From positions 1,377,761 through 1,441,760 of the forward strand of contig CAWCIK010000006.1 of assembly GCA_963795645.1 (NCBI GenBank): 64,000 nucleotides of DNA, in the 5' to 3' direction. Below the pieces are notes generated by a model that searched no databases, was not told the DNA's origin, and worked only from the letters and a program-made list of their open reading frames with translations. This document shows, in pieces, positions 1 through 8,933 of the stretch (position 1 is its first letter; each line of letters begins with the position of its first letter). The stretch is from an uncultured Chloroflexia bacterium. Its GTDB lineage: Bacteria; Chloroflexota; Limnocylindria; Limnocylindrales; CSP1-4. Position numbers and translations under genes: made by a program.

Positions 1-540
1 GTCGTCGACTCCCGTCCCGCCGACGGGCGTCGCACTTGGCGTGGGCGTGGGAGTCGGCGTCGGGGTGGGCGACGGCGTGGGAGTCGGGGATGGTGTCACC
101 ACCGGCGTCGCAGTCGGTATGGGTGTGGGCGACGGAGCGGCAGTCGCGCGACCGGCGTTTGTGCCCTCGGATTCACCGTCACCGCCGCCGCCACCACCGG
201 TGTCCTCACCACTGCTCGCGTCGGGCGATGCGCCGGCATCCTCCGTTTGCTCGGGCGTCGCGGGTGGCTGGGTCGCGGGGGTGGGTGTCGGCGACGGAGT
301 CGGAGCCAGCGCCGTGAGCATGTTCTCGGCAGCCGTGTGCAGGTTCGAGTCGACCGACAGGTCCGTGATCTGTACTGCCGCGGCCGCGGTGACAAGGCCG
401 ATTCCGGCGAGCAGGATGGCGATCAGGGCAAGAGTGAAGAGCGCCAGGCCAAAGCCGGTGCGCCGCACAAGTCGTTCGCCCGGCGTCGGCGGCAGCTCGC
501 CGGCCGCGCCGCGCCGATCAGGCCTGCGGCCGAAGCGCAT
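1..540 (-). CDS. Membrane protein, N-terminal part (continues past window start); putative sensor histidine kinase partner of the adjacent response regulator
   Basis: My own minus-strand translation from ATG 540-538 reads MRFGRRPDRRGAAGELPPTPGERLVRRTGFGLALFTLALIAILLAGIGLVTAAAAVQITDLSVDSNLHTAAENM..., followed by a Pro/Thr-rich stretch (PTPSPTPTPATQPP...PSPTPTPSPTPTPTPTPTPSATP). It stays open to position 1, so it is absent from the ORF track (no stop in the window). It overlaps the regulator stop by 23 nt. The kinase identity is inferred from context only. Confidence 0.5.
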   Translation of the reverse strand, partial: MRFGRRPDRRGAAGELPPTPGERLVRRTGFGLALFTLALIAILLAGIGLVTAAAAVQITDLSVDSNLHTAAENMLTALAPTPSPTPTPATQPPATPEQTEDAGASPDASSGEDTGGGGGGDGESEGTNAGRATAAPSPTPIPTATPVVTPSPTPTPSPTPTPTPTPTPSATPVGGTGVDD

Positions 541-1210
541 AACCGACTCCGCGAACTGTCTGAAGGGCGTGCCGCTCACCGAGCGCCTCGAGCTTGCGGC
601 GCAGGTAGTGGATGTACAGATCGACAACGTTCGAGTACACGTCGGGTTCAGCGCCCCACACCGAATCGAGGATCTGCTGGCGCGTCACGACCTGGCCGGC
701 ATGCGTGATCAGGTAGCCCAGCAGCGCGTACTCGCGCGCTGAGAGCAGCTCGCTGCGACCGTTCACGGACACCTCGTGGCGAACCGGGTCGAGCTCGATG
801 CTGCCCGCGCTGAGGCGCTGCGAGGCGATCTCGGGCGAGCGCCGCGAGAGTGCGCGCAGGCGCGCCAGAAGCTCCGAAAACGCGAAAGGCTTGGGCAGGT
901 AGTCGTCGGCCCCCGCGTCGAGCCCCTCGATGCGATGCTCAAGTGCTGAAAGTGCCGTGAGCATCAGCACAGGCGTCTTGACCCTGCGCGCTCGCATCTG
1001 GCGCAGGACGTCGATGCCGGTCATGTCGGGCAGCAGACGGTCCAGGACCACGACCTCGTACGTCGTCTGGCCGAGCAGGGCCAGGGCTTCGCCGCCGTCA
1101 CGTCCCACATCCACGGTGTAGCGCTCCGCGACCAGCACGCGACGGATCGCATCGGCCATGCGCGGCTCGTCCTCGACCAGCAGGATCTTCGTCACGCCCC
1201 TGATGTACAC
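518..1210 (-). CDS. OmpR/PhoB-family response regulator
   Basis: 230-aa ORF. Receiver motifs KILLVEDEP and VVVLDRLLPDMTG; C-terminal winged helix (VVTRQQILDSVWG...VDLYIHYLRRKLE...LQTVRGVGYAL). Start is GTG at 1210 or 1195, uncertain. Confidence 0.9.
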   Translation of the reverse strand: MYIRGVTKILLVEDEPRMADAIRRVLVAERYTVDVGRDGGEALALLGQTTYEVVVLDRLLPDMTGIDVLRQMRARRVKTPVLMLTALSALEHRIEGLDAGADDYLPKPFAFSELLARLRALSRRSPEIASQRLSAGSIELDPVRHEVSVNGRSELLSAREYALLGYLITHAGQVVTRQQILDSVWGAEPDVYSNVVDLYIHYLRRKLEALGERHALQTVRGVGYALRPQA

Positions 1211-1365
1211 GTAATTGAGCGTGTCGGCTACCGACCAAGGTCCTTTCTTTGAAAACGCTCATCCCCGCCGGCTCTCTCTGTGGCCCATCAAATGCAAGCC
1301 AAATGAACCTGTAATCGTCGGCCGCGAGGCTCAACCGCATCACCTGCAGCGGAGGAGTTCTCGAC

Positions 1366-1806
1366 ATGGTTCAGCGGCTTGCAATTCTTATCGGTGGTCT
1401 CGGCGCAGCGGGCGTCATCGCCCTAGCAATAGCGCTCAACAGCTTCGCCTCGGTTGGCTCGAGCGACGCCAATGTCGCCGACGCCCAGGCGGCGTTGCCC
1501 AACGTTCCGGCGGTCGCCGCGGCGAACAACGCCCGCTCCGACGGCTCGAATACGAAGCAGGGCACCCAGACCACGACCAAGACCAAGAAGGTCGTCGACA
1601 AGGTCTACATCGCGCCCACACCGGCGCCCAAGACCATCAAGGTCGCGCCCAAGTCCACCCCGGCCCCGGCCCAGGCCAAGACGACGCAACCCAAGGCACC
1701 GGCGGCAGCGCCCGCGACGAACTACGACGCCAGCTATGACGACGGTCACGAAGGCCGCCAGTCCGAGCGCAGCGGCAATCACGGACACGAGCGGGGTGAC
1801 GACTGA
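1366..1806 (+). CDS. Hypothetical membrane-anchored low-complexity protein (N-terminal TM helix, Thr/Lys/Pro-rich tail)
   Basis: 146-aa ORF. TM helix LAILIGGLGAAGVIALAIAL, then KKVVDKVYIAPTPAPKTIKV and a Pro/Ala/Lys-rich tail. Coding call rests on the TM segment and the paralogous neighbour. Confidence 0.5.
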   Translation: MVQRLAILIGGLGAAGVIALAIALNSFASVGSSDANVADAQAALPNVPAVAAANNARSDGSNTKQGTQTTTKTKKVVDKVYIAPTPAPKTIKVAPKSTPAPAQAKTTQPKAPAAAPATNYDASYDDGHEGRQSERSGNHGHERGDD

Positions 1807-1807
1807 A

Positions 1808-2422
1808 ATGGCCGACCTGCCGCCCCTGCCACCGCGCAGGAATGAACAACCACGCCCACTTCCCAGCCGAAAAGCTCCGGCGGCGGAATCGCGGCCGGCG
1901 ATGACCAAACCCAACAAGCCTGATCCGCGACCGATGCGGGTCGTGTATGGCGCGGGGGCGGTGGCGGTGGCAAGCGTCATGGCTGTCGGACTAGTGCAGC
2001 CGGACTTCACCGCCACCGCCGACCAACAGGCAGCCAGCGACGCCAACGCCGCTGACCCGAACGCTGGCGCGGACCAGCTCAACGCGGGCACCGCCAACTC
2101 CAACGGCCAGGCCCGAAACAAGAAAACGACCACCGATACGACCCAGGCCAACGTCCAGGTCAAGCACGTCGTCAAGTACATCCATCTCAAGCCGGGCCAG
2201 ACCGCGCCCCCTGGGGCAACGGTGATCACGCCCGGACAGCCGACGCCACGCATCGTGGTCGCCAACAACCCGGCTCCGGCCCCGAACAAGCCGGTCGCTC
2301 GCAATCCGAACCCGCCGGCCGCCAAGCCGCCTCCGGCGGTCAAGAACCCGCCGGCGGTCAAGCCGCCTCCGCCTCCGGCTCCAAAGCCGACAGTCAAGAC
2401 GCGTCAGTCAGGACACCCGTAG
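1808..2422 (+). CDS. Hypothetical membrane-anchored Pro-rich protein, distant paralog of the upstream gene
   Basis: ATG at 1808 lies 1 nt after the upstream TGA. Sequence: MADLPPLPP...RVVYGAGAVAVASVMAVGLV (TM), then KHVVKYIHLKPGQTAPPGATVITPGQPTP and a PPAAKPPPAVKNPPAVKPPPPP tail. The upstream part of track ORF 1454..2422 is Arg/Pro junk. An alternative start at ATG about 1733 is possible. Confidence 0.5.
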   Translation: MADLPPLPPRRNEQPRPLPSRKAPAAESRPAMTKPNKPDPRPMRVVYGAGAVAVASVMAVGLVQPDFTATADQQAASDANAADPNAGADQLNAGTANSNGQARNKKTTTDTTQANVQVKHVVKYIHLKPGQTAPPGATVITPGQPTPRIVVANNPAPAPNKPVARNPNPPAAKPPPAVKNPPAVKPPPPPAPKPTVKTRQSGHP

Positions 2423-3364
2423 ATGACCATGCAGCCGATCGACTACGAGACCGTCACTCACTCCGAGCCGGCCATGGGCGGCCTCCTCGAGGTGGCCATC
2501 ACGGTCGAGCCCGAGCGGCGCGAAGAGGCGGCCGCGGCAGCTCGCCGCGCCGCCCAGCGGATCCAGGTCTGGGCCTCGCGCCTCACGCGCTTCAGCCCGG
2601 ATTCGGACCTCTCCGCGCTCAACGCGAGCAACGACCGCGAGGTGGCTGTTCGTCCAACTCTCGCAGCAACCCTGCGCTGGGCGCATGACGCCCAGCGCAG
2701 GAGCGAGGGGATCGTCGACGCGACGATGCTCGACCAGCGGCTTGCCGCGGAATCGGGCGCAGACGCCACCTCGGCGGATCCCGATCGACCCTGGCGGATC
2801 GACGTCCGTGGCAGGACGGCGGTCGTCGAGCGCAGCTCGGCGTTCCGTTTCGATCTCGACGGTGTGGCCAAAGGCTGGATCGCCGATCGTGCTGCGGACC
2901 TGCTTCACGGCTGGCCGGGCGTGGCTGTCGACGCCGATGGCGACATTGCCCTGCTTGCCGATTCAGGGGTCGAATGGTTCATCGAGGTCAACGACCCGCG
3001 CCGACTTGATCAGGAGGAGCCGCCATTGGCCACCCTGCGTGTCGGCGGCGGTGACGGCTGGAGCCGAGGCTATGGCGTTGCCACCTCCGGCACCAGCGTC
3101 CATCGCTGGGAGCTGACCGACGGTCGAACGACCCATCACCTGATCGATCGGCGCACGGGTCGCTCTGCGGACACCGACGTCATCCAGGCGACGGTCATCG
3201 CACCGACCGCGCGCGAGGCCGAGATGATCGCCAAGTCGGCCGTCATCCTGGGCGCCCGCGAGGCCTATGAATTCCTGACGCGGTCGTCGTCCCTGGCGGC
3301 AATCCTGCTGCTCGATTGCGATGACATCGTCGCCACTCCGGGGACCGAGAAGTGGCTGGCGTGA
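2423..3364 (+). CDS. apbE: FAD:protein FMN transferase (ApbE family)
   Basis: 313-aa ORF with ApbE-like motifs: AMGGLLEVAI, FDLDGVAKGWIADRAADLL, GVATSGTSVHRW, HHLIDRRTG, ATVIAPTAREAEMIAKSAVILG. Confidence 0.85.
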   Translation: MTMQPIDYETVTHSEPAMGGLLEVAITVEPERREEAAAAARRAAQRIQVWASRLTRFSPDSDLSALNASNDREVAVRPTLAATLRWAHDAQRRSEGIVDATMLDQRLAAESGADATSADPDRPWRIDVRGRTAVVERSSAFRFDLDGVAKGWIADRAADLLHGWPGVAVDADGDIALLADSGVEWFIEVNDPRRLDQEEPPLATLRVGGGDGWSRGYGVATSGTSVHRWELTDGRTTHHLIDRRTGRSADTDVIQATVIAPTAREAEMIAKSAVILGAREAYEFLTRSSSLAAILLLDCDDIVATPGTEKWLA

Positions 3365-4050
3365 AATACGAGGGCTTGTCGCCACGCACTCGCCCTCTGC
3401 GCTGGAGCCTGTACCTGCTGGCCGTCGGTGGCGTGCTCGTGGCGACCGGCCCGGATGCCGTCCGAGCCGCCGCCGACTGGCTTGCTACGCACAGCGACAG
3501 CCTGGCCTGGTATTCGAGCCGCATCCTCGGCTTCCTCGCTTACGGCGCGCTTGCCGTATCCGTGCTGTACGGACTGCTGCTTTCGACCAACATCCTCGAT
3601 CGCATCGCACACCGCGCCGTTTCGCTCACGCTCCATCAGGACCTGAGCGCGATCGCGATCGGCCTGACCGCATTCCATGGCGCCCTGCTCGCTCTGGACA
3701 CGTATGTGCCCCAGACCGTTCGCGACCTCGTGGTCCCGTTCGCCGGGCCGTATAGACCGCAGTGGGTCGGAGTCGGCCAGATCGCGTTCTACCTGATGGT
3801 CATCGTCTACGGCTCGTTCTTCGTCCGCCGTCGGATCGGCCAGCGAACGTGGCGGATGCTGCATTACACGACCTTCCTTGCCTTCGTGGGGGCAACCGTC
3901 CACGGCTTGATGAGCGGCACCGATTCGTCCGCCTCATGGGCAGTCGGGATGTATGCCGCGGCGACAGTCGCCGTCGTCTTCCTGCTCGGCTATCGCATCA
4001 CCCTCGGCGTCATCGGTTCGCCGCGCGCCGAGAGAAAGGAGCTCGCCTGA
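3352..4050 (+). CDS. Ferric-reductase-like transmembrane domain protein (MsrQ/YedZ-like, putative di-haem membrane subunit)
   Basis: 232 aa and polytopic. Conserved His-containing helices (AHRAVSLTLHQDLSAIAIGLTAFHGALL; MLHYTTFLAFVGATVHGLM). Start is GTG 3352, or GTG 3361 overlapping the apbE stop (GTGA). Confidence 0.7.
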   Translation: MAGVKYEGLSPRTRPLRWSLYLLAVGGVLVATGPDAVRAAADWLATHSDSLAWYSSRILGFLAYGALAVSVLYGLLLSTNILDRIAHRAVSLTLHQDLSAIAIGLTAFHGALLALDTYVPQTVRDLVVPFAGPYRPQWVGVGQIAFYLMVIVYGSFFVRRRIGQRTWRMLHYTTFLAFVGATVHGLMSGTDSSASWAVGMYAAATVAVVFLLGYRITLGVIGSPRAERKELA

Positions 4051-4349
4051 TGGCTTACGTCATTGCCGAACCTTGCGTCGACAACATGGATCAGTCATGC
4101 GTGACTGTCTGTCCGGTCGACTGCATCAGCTCGGAGCCCGGTCTGGATCGGAAGTTTCACATCGACCCCGACGGCTGCATCGAGTGTGGCTCGTGCCTGA
4201 GCGCGTGCCCCAACAGCGCGATCTTCCCGGCCGGCGACCTGCCTGCCAAGTGGGCTGACTACGCGTGGATCGATGCGGCGTGGTTCCGCGACGCGGACGC
4301 CGCACGCGACGTCCTGGACCAGGTACTGACCGAGGAGGCAGCGGTATGA
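4050..4349 (+). CDS. Ferredoxin ([3Fe-4S][4Fe-4S] FdxA-like)
   Basis: ATG 4050 overlaps the upstream TGA (TGATG). Sequence MAYVIAEPCVDNMDQSCVTVCPVDCI...DPDGCIECGSCLSACPNSAI gives typical 7Fe-ferredoxin Cys spacing. It occupies the distal part of track ORF 3762..4349. Confidence 0.85.
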   Translation: MAYVIAEPCVDNMDQSCVTVCPVDCISSEPGLDRKFHIDPDGCIECGSCLSACPNSAIFPAGDLPAKWADYAWIDAAWFRDADAARDVLDQVLTEEAAV

Positions 4350-4463
4350 CAGTCGTCGGACGGCCCTTGCCAGAACGTCAGCCAATGTTGCGATCGCTGC
4401 CCGCCGTTACGGCGCTCGAAGCCGCTCGCGTCGCCGAACGCGACGCTCGCGGCGTTCGAGGAG

Positions 4464-5180
4464 GTGACAGCGACGCTGGGCGTCTTCGTAGTCGTCCTCG
4501 ACAATCCCCTGGTCGACTTCAAGCCCGGCCAGTACGTCTCGCTCGGCGTGGCCGTGGGTCTCGAGCTCGTCCAGCGACCCTATTCGATCGTGTCGCTTGC
4601 CAACGGTGGCAAGCGCCTCGAATTCTTCGTCCGGCGGCTTCCCGACGGGCGCTTCTCCAACCTGCTCTGGGCAACCGCACCGGGTACTCGCCTCCACGTT
4701 GGGCCGCTCAAAGGCCTGTTCATGCTCGACACGGAGGACACGAGACCGCGGATCCTGGTCGGAACCGGCACCGGAGTAGCGCCGCTGCTGGCCATGCTCG
4801 ACGCTGCGGCTGAGCGCGGCGACCGAGTGCCGAACGTGCTCATCTACGGCACCTCGTATCACTACGAGCTGGCCTACAGGGAGCGCGTGGCGATGTGGAT
4901 CTCGGGCGGCCTGAAGCTCGACTTCCGGCCGACGGTGTCGCGACCAAACGATGACCGGAACCTGGGCTGGTCGGGCCGGACCGGCCGGGCCGACGCCGAG
5001 CTGGGCCGGCTGCTCGACGAGTGGCGCTGGCTGAAGGCCGGCGGCTCCGTCGCCTACCTGTGCGGAAACCCCGACATGGTCGCGGCGTGCACCCAGACCC
5101 TGGCGCGGGCTGGCTTCAGCGAGCACGACATCCGGACCGAGCTGTTTCACCCGCCGGCCGCAGAGGGGCGCACGATGTGA
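4464..5180 (+). CDS. Ferredoxin-NADP+ reductase-like flavoprotein (FAD_binding_6 + NAD_binding_1); N-terminus unresolved
   Basis: FKPGQYVSLG, RPYSIVS (RxYS FAD motif), LVGTGTGVAPLLAML (NAD(P) GTGxAP), LCGNPDMV. The first in-frame start is GTG 4464, but homologous sequence (..SPNATLAAFEE) continues upstream with no start codon. See the finding on this junction. Confidence 0.75.
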   Translation: MTATLGVFVVVLDNPLVDFKPGQYVSLGVAVGLELVQRPYSIVSLANGGKRLEFFVRRLPDGRFSNLLWATAPGTRLHVGPLKGLFMLDTEDTRPRILVGTGTGVAPLLAMLDAAAERGDRVPNVLIYGTSYHYELAYRERVAMWISGGLKLDFRPTVSRPNDDRNLGWSGRTGRADAELGRLLDEWRWLKAGGSVAYLCGNPDMVAACTQTLARAGFSEHDIRTELFHPPAAEGRTM

Positions 5181-5219
5181 CACGCAAGGTGGCACGGCCC
5201 CGCGTAGCCTTGGGCATGG

Positions 5220-8200
5220 ATGGCAATAGCTCTTGGAGAGCGTGCAGTCGCCGAACGCTCGTTTGAACTGACACCTGAACAGAAGGCAGCCGTCGAGTGG
5301 GGCGACGGCCCGCTGATGGTCCTTGCCGGGGCGGGCACGGGCAAGACGACCGTCGTGGTCGAACGTGTGCGTCACCTGCTGGCCGCGGATCGGACGCTGG
5401 AGCCGGAGAACATCCTGGTCCTGACGTACAACGTCAAGGCCGCCGCGGAGCTTATGAGCCGCCTTGAGGATGCCCTGGGCCTGGAGATCGCCAGCCGGCT
5501 GTGGGTTCACAACTTCCACTCCTTCGGTCACCGTGTCCTCTCGGACCATCGCGCCGACCTCGGCCTGACAGAGAACGCGGACGTCCTGGACCCTGTCGGC
5601 CAGCGCCTCCTGCTGCGTGAGCTCCGGCCGGCGTTCATGGATTTCCTGTACCACCCCATGGCGCGCGATCCCAACGCCGCCGGTCGTTTCGCCGACGTCA
5701 TCGGCAGAGCCAAGGACGAGCTCGTCACCCCGGCGGAGTTCGCGGCCTTCGCCCAGGGCCGGCGCGAAGCGTTCGACATGACCCACGAGGCAGGCTTCGA
5801 CCAGGTCATCTCCGGAGCTGCGCGAGCGCGACGCGCTCGGACGGCTGTGGCAGGTCCAGGTCGTGCGCCGCGAGCTGGTCAAGTCCGGGCCGGAGGCCGC
5901 TGACAAGATCGCCAGCCGCGAGGCGCGGCGCGACGTAGCGGGTACCGGCGAGGCACTCTGGTGGAACCAGCTGAGCAGCGAGCAGGAACGCATGGCGAAG
6001 GGCCTGATGCCCACCTATATCCGTGATGCGGAGGCGCTGGACGTGCAGCGCCTGATGGAGGAGGCGCGCGCGTACGAGGCATACCAGGAAGCGCTCCGTG
6101 AGCGCGGGCTGCTCGACTACGGCGAGCAGCAGCTCCTGACCATCGAGCTGCTCACGAGCAGGCCGAACATTCTGCGTGGCTACCAGGAGCAGTTCAGACA
6201 CGTCCTCGTCGACGAGTTCCAGGACGCCAACATGGCCCAGATCCTGCTTCTCGAGCTGATTGGCCGCGGTCCGGCCAAGCCGGACAACGTGGTCGTCGTG
6301 GGTGATGACGACCAGTCCATCTACCGCTTCCGTGGCGCGAGCTACGCCGCATTCGAAGAGTTCACCAAGCGCTTCGAGGCGGTTCCGGTGTGGGAGCCGG
6401 AGCGGCCGGTCGGCAAGGTGGCGCGCATGCCGCTGCTGAAGAACCGGCGCTCCACGGGAGACGTCCTATCCGCGGCCAGCCGACTGATCCAGCGCAACAG
6501 GAGGCTCAAGCGCGGACCACTCCAGCCGACAAAGGGGCAAGGGCTTCCCGTGGAGATCGTTCATGCGGCAGACGAGCATGACGAGGCGGACGTCGTCGTC
6601 GGCTGGATCAAGGAGACATTCGAGTCGCTGCCCTCGCCCCGTCATTGGAGCGACATCGCGGTCCTATATCGGAGGCATCGCCATCGCGAGCTGATCGTCG
6701 ATCGCCTGCGCAAGCAGGACATCCCGTACGTCGTGATCGGCGGCACGGGCCTGTTCGATGTGCCGGATGTCCGCGATGCCGAGGCGGCGCTGCGCGTCGC
6801 GGCCAACCCGGACGACTCGAACTCTTTCGTTCGCCTGCTCTCGAGCGGACCGTGGCGCCTCGACGCGGCCGAGATCCTGCGCGTGACAAATACGGCAGCG
6901 TGGGACGGCCGGCCCATTCACCAGGCCGCTTCGGACATCCTGCGTGATCGTCACATCGACGTCAGTGCCGGCCCGGAGACCGCGGCCACCCAGCGCACTG
7001 ACCAGCCGCGACCGCCCACGCTCTGGGGTGACGCGGAGTTCGACGAGGACGAGGCTCAGACGGTGCGCGAGCGGCGCGGCCGCGAGCAGCGCTCTCAGCA
7101 GCGGCGCGAAGCGCTGGACGCGCGCCTGAGGGTCAAGCTCGAGCGCGTCGACGCGCTGGTCAACGAGCTCGTCCCGCGCGCGCAGCGCGACGGACCGTTC
7201 GCGGTCCTGGAGGACTACCTGGTCCGCACGAACATGCTCCACGACCTGATCGCGGTCGAGACCGTGGAGGCGCAGCGATCGGTGCTGGCGGTGGCTCGTT
7301 TCATGCGCTTCGTCGCCGACTGGCAAGCCGCACATCCGCGCGAGACTCTCGCCGATTTCATTGCCTATCTCAATGTCTACCAGCAGGTCGGCGGCGATCT
7401 CGATACCGACCAGCAGGGACGCGTGGTCGTGGACGGAGTGCAGATTGATGACGGTGTACCAGGCGAAAGGTCTGGAGTTCGAGGCAGTCGTGGTGCCGCG
7501 CCTGGTCGACGGGCAGTTTCCTGACACGCGCGACGAGCAGCGGCTGCTGCCGATTGAGCTGCTCAAGCAGAAGCCGCCCCAGGACTTCGCGATCGACGAG
7601 GAGCGCCGACTGCTGTTCGTGGCCATGACGCGCGCCCGGAGCAGGCTGCTGCTGACGGCGCTCCAGCCGGCCGGCTACAAGATCCAGCCCAGCCGGTTTG
7701 TGGGCGAGCTGGAGCGAGGCGGTGGCGACGAGCCGGTCTCGTCGGACGAGTACGTTCGCGTCGTGCCCACGGACGTGTCGATCCAGTACCGCGCTGCCGG
7801 ACCTCAGGCGGATGTCGAGGAGGCCGGTGTTTCGGCCGCCGAGAACGCACCGGACACGACCGTCCAGCTGATCAAGCTCATGCCCGTGCCGCTGGCCCAC
7901 GAGCGCGCTATGCGCTGCGCCGCCGGGCAGTGGAGATCATGGGCATGCTCGAAGGCCTTTCCGTGACGACCACGCGGGCCGGTCGGAGCTGACGCGCGAG
8001 CTCGTCGAGGTGGCGGAGGCCGCATCCGGCGCCGCGGACGACGCGCGCATGCGCGGCCTCGACCCGCTCACCCTCGATGTCGTGTCGCATCACGCGCCGG
8101 CTGGCGAGGCGCTGCTCGAGCTCGCCTCGCTGCCGCCGAGCTTCTCGCACTCCCAGCTGCGCACGTACAGCGAGTGCCCGCTCCAGTACGCCTTCCAGCG

Positions 8201-8933
8201 CGTCTATCGCATACCGGTCGCGGAGACGCCGGGCTACTTCGAGTTCGGCCATGTCATTCACCACGCTTTCGAGGTCTATGCCCGCAGGCGCCACGAGGCG
8301 GTTGCGGCGGGCCTGCCCGTGCCCGGCTACGAGACGCTGCGCGAGGCGTTCGACGAGGCGTGGCACCCGCGCAACTTCGCCGACGAGCATGCCGCCCGGC
8401 ACTACGCCGAGCGCGCGGAGCCAGCCTTGAAGCGCTTCTACGATCGGGAGGTGGCCAATCTCGCCGAGTCGGTCGGCTTCGAGGTGGGCTTCACGCTGCG
8501 CATCCCAGCCGGGCCGGACGAACAGCCGGTGGTGATGTACGGCGTCATCGACCGGATCGATCGACATCCGGACGGGACGATCGAGATCACCGATTACAAG
8601 ACCGGTCGCTCAAAGAGCCAGGAGGACGTCGACAGGGACGAGCAGCTCTCGGCATACGCCCTGGCCATGGCTTCGGGCGCTGTGGTCGACCCAGATACGA
8701 ACGAGCCGCTGCCGCCTGCGTCGAAGCTGACCCTGTACTTCACCGAAGGCGATCTCGCCTTGAGCACGACGCGCACTCCCGAGCAGCTCGCCGAGTTTCG
8801 CCAGCAGGTGATCGAGAAGGCGCTCCGCATCAGGTCGGGCGACTTCAGCGCAACGCCGGACATGTGGCGCTGCGGGCGATGCGAGTACAGGTTGATCTGT
8901 CCCAGCCGCTATGGAGCGGAGCGCGCGGGCTAG
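5220..8933 (+). pseudogene. UvrD/PcrA-type helicase fused to a C-terminal PD-(D/E)XK nuclease with Cys cluster (AddA/AdnB-like architecture), reading frame broken at 4 or more points
   Basis: Helicase motifs are spread over three frames:
- LAGAGTGKTT (Walker A) in ORF 5220..5903;
- VLVDEFQDAN, VGDDDQSIYRFRGA and LLKNRRS in ORF 5863..7524;
- LMTVYQAKGLEFEAVVV and LLFVAMTRAR in ORF 7361..7966;
- nuclease YSECPLQYAF...GVIDRIDRHPDGTIEITDYKTG...WRCGRCEYRLICP in ORF 8010..8933.
Frame switches lie near 5811-5816, 7441-7447, 7900-7910 and 7958-7968. Confidence 0.8.

Noticed and set aside
36-742. Plus-strand ORFs at the window start (for example MGVGVGVGVGDGVGVG...).
   Set aside because: The Gly/Val repeats are the reverse complement of the Pro/Thr-rich linker of the minus-strand membrane protein. 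The minus-strand reading has a TM helix and operon coupling to the response regulator.
1248-1261. TTTGAAAACGCTCA in the two-component-system promoter region, resembling the MITE-arm core TTGAAAGCGACTCA.
   Set aside because: It is imperfect (one indel, one mismatch) and short, with no inverted partner nearby. That is insufficient to call a third copy.
4092-4107. A copy of the hairpin motif (CAGTCATGCGTGACTG) inside the ferredoxin gene.
   Set aside because: The loop is 2 nt instead of 5. The sequence encodes the conserved SCVTVCP Fe-S motif, so the resemblance is most likely coincidental.
4347-4349. The TGA between ferredoxin and FNR as a selenocysteine codon.
   Set aside because: I see no convincing SECIS-like hairpin immediately downstream, no Sec machinery in the window, and no known selenoprotein of this type. 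Nonsense mutation, frameshift or sequencing error is more parsimonious.
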